Shown in pieces: positions 63,108-64,000 of a DNA stretch of 64,000 bases (position 1 is its first letter; each line of letters begins with the position of its first letter). The stretch covers positions 3,994 to 67,993 of the forward strand of contig CAZODO010000017.1 in the NCBI GenBank assembly GCA_964578605.1, read 5' to 3'. The position numbers and the translations under genes are program-made. Under the pieces are notes generated by a model. That model was not told the DNA's origin. It did no database searches and was given only the letters and a program-made list of their open reading frames with translations. Origin of the DNA: an uncultured Verrucomicrobiota bacterium (GTDB lineage: Bacteria; Verrucomicrobiota; Verrucomicrobiia; Limisphaerales; SIBE01).

Positions 63108-63135
63108 AGTGAGGCAAGAGGACGGTTCCGTTACA
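63108..63135 (-). promoter_or_regulatory. Candidate ECF promoter TGTAAC-N15-CCTCACT
   Basis: Between the sigma stop and the kinase start; matches 59758-59785. Confidence 0.6.
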
Positions 63136-63142
63136 GGCCGTC

Positions 63143-63892
63143 CTACTGGCGCAGCACTTCCCGCAGATGGCGCATCTCCTCTCCGACGTCGTCCGGGCAG
63201 GCAACCGTGTGCGCAATCTCCAGTCGCAGCAGCTCGCCGTAGCGTCGGCGGAGTCGGTGCACGGCCACACGAACGGCCCCCTCGCTCATTCTTAGGTCTC
63301 GAGCCGCGTCCCGGTAAGCTCCGCTCTCGTCATCCGTAAGAAATCCTATAAGTCGCTCAAAGACCGCGCCTTTCCCCGCCAACCGGCACTCCTTGCCCAA
63401 ACGGGTCAACACCTGTTCCAGCAACGTCAACGCCCACCGCCGCTCGAACAACCGGTCCGGACTCGACTCGTCCTTTGGCTCCAGCCGGTAGCGCGCGTCG
63501 CCCGCCTGCGTATCAAGGGATACGGGGCGCTGGCCACCCCCGCGTTTCAAACGCCGTTCCCGGTCCCATACATCCGAAAGGAAATGTTTAAGCGCCCCAA
63601 GCAGGTAAAAGCGGAACCGGCCTTTATCGGGGCTGGCCCGGGCGACATGGTTCCCAGCCAAAAAGCGGGCGAGGAACTCCTGGGTCACATCCTCGGCGTC
63701 GTGACTCTCCAGACCACACCCGCGCACGTAGGCGTATAGCGGATACCAGTACTTCCGGCAGAGTCTCTCCAGCGCCTGGATGGAGCCCGGCGACTGGCCT
63801 TCACCCGCCGCGAGAACCGTGCTCCAGTGGGTCGTATCGAACCATGCTTGCCTGCAATGCTGTCTTTCCGCCGTGGACCCTAAGATTCCCAT
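63143..63892 (-). CDS. ECF sigma factor (kinase-associated PVC type)
   Basis: TTHWSTVLAA, YWYPLYAYVR, DAEDVTQEF, GRFRFYL, AVRVAVHRLRRRY. Confidence 0.92.
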   Translation of the reverse strand: MGILGSTAERQHCRQAWFDTTHWSTVLAAGEGQSPGSIQALERLCRKYWYPLYAYVRGCGLESHDAEDVTQEFLARFLAGNHVARASPDKGRFRFYLLGALKHFLSDVWDRERRLKRGGGQRPVSLDTQAGDARYRLEPKDESSPDRLFERRWALTLLEQVLTRLGKECRLAGKGAVFERLIGFLTDDESGAYRDAARDLRMSEGAVRVAVHRLRRRYGELLRLEIAHTVACPDDVGEEMRHLREVLRQ

Positions 63893-64000
63893 AGCATGCT
63901 CTGATCAAGGATAAGCCTGCAGGTGAGGCTAGCGCCAGCTCGCAATCGTGGCAACGCTCCCCCCGGGCCAGTCGGCGCCTGGCTTCCGAGGTCCGGGGGC

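Noticed and set aside
63915-63960. CCTCACC upstream of the sigma gene as an autoregulatory promoter
   Set aside because: No TGTAAC at the -35 position.

Overview
Two parts. (1) 1-18105 is the right-hand part of a Mu-like transposable prophage whose left end lies outside the window. Late genes (portal, TerL, TerS, gp26/gp25-like, a holin-lipoprotein fusion) read leftward. A repressor/Ner-like switch sits in the middle. The early operon reads rightward: ParB-like, MuA, MuB, Gam, stand-alone DnaA domain IV, GemA-like, an MOA-type Cys-protease-like protein, a displaced MuF with an unknown C-terminal extension, and a minimal PolX. It ends in four transposase-binding-like repeats and a terminal CA that directly abuts the 3' CCA of tRNA-Val(CAC). 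(2) 18106-64000 is host chromosome; the gene repertoire suggests Verrucomicrobiota (inference). It carries transport and metabolic genes, feoAAB, aroF with an aromatic-rich leader-peptide attenuator, moaDE, hpt, dUTPase, tgt, aroB, a decayed toxin-antitoxin pair, and an ECF sigma / Ser-Thr kinase-WD40 / secreted propeller-SnoaL module with a shared candidate ECF promoter. No CRISPR array, rRNA or reverse transcriptase was seen. All family calls come from motif recognition by eye, not from database searches.
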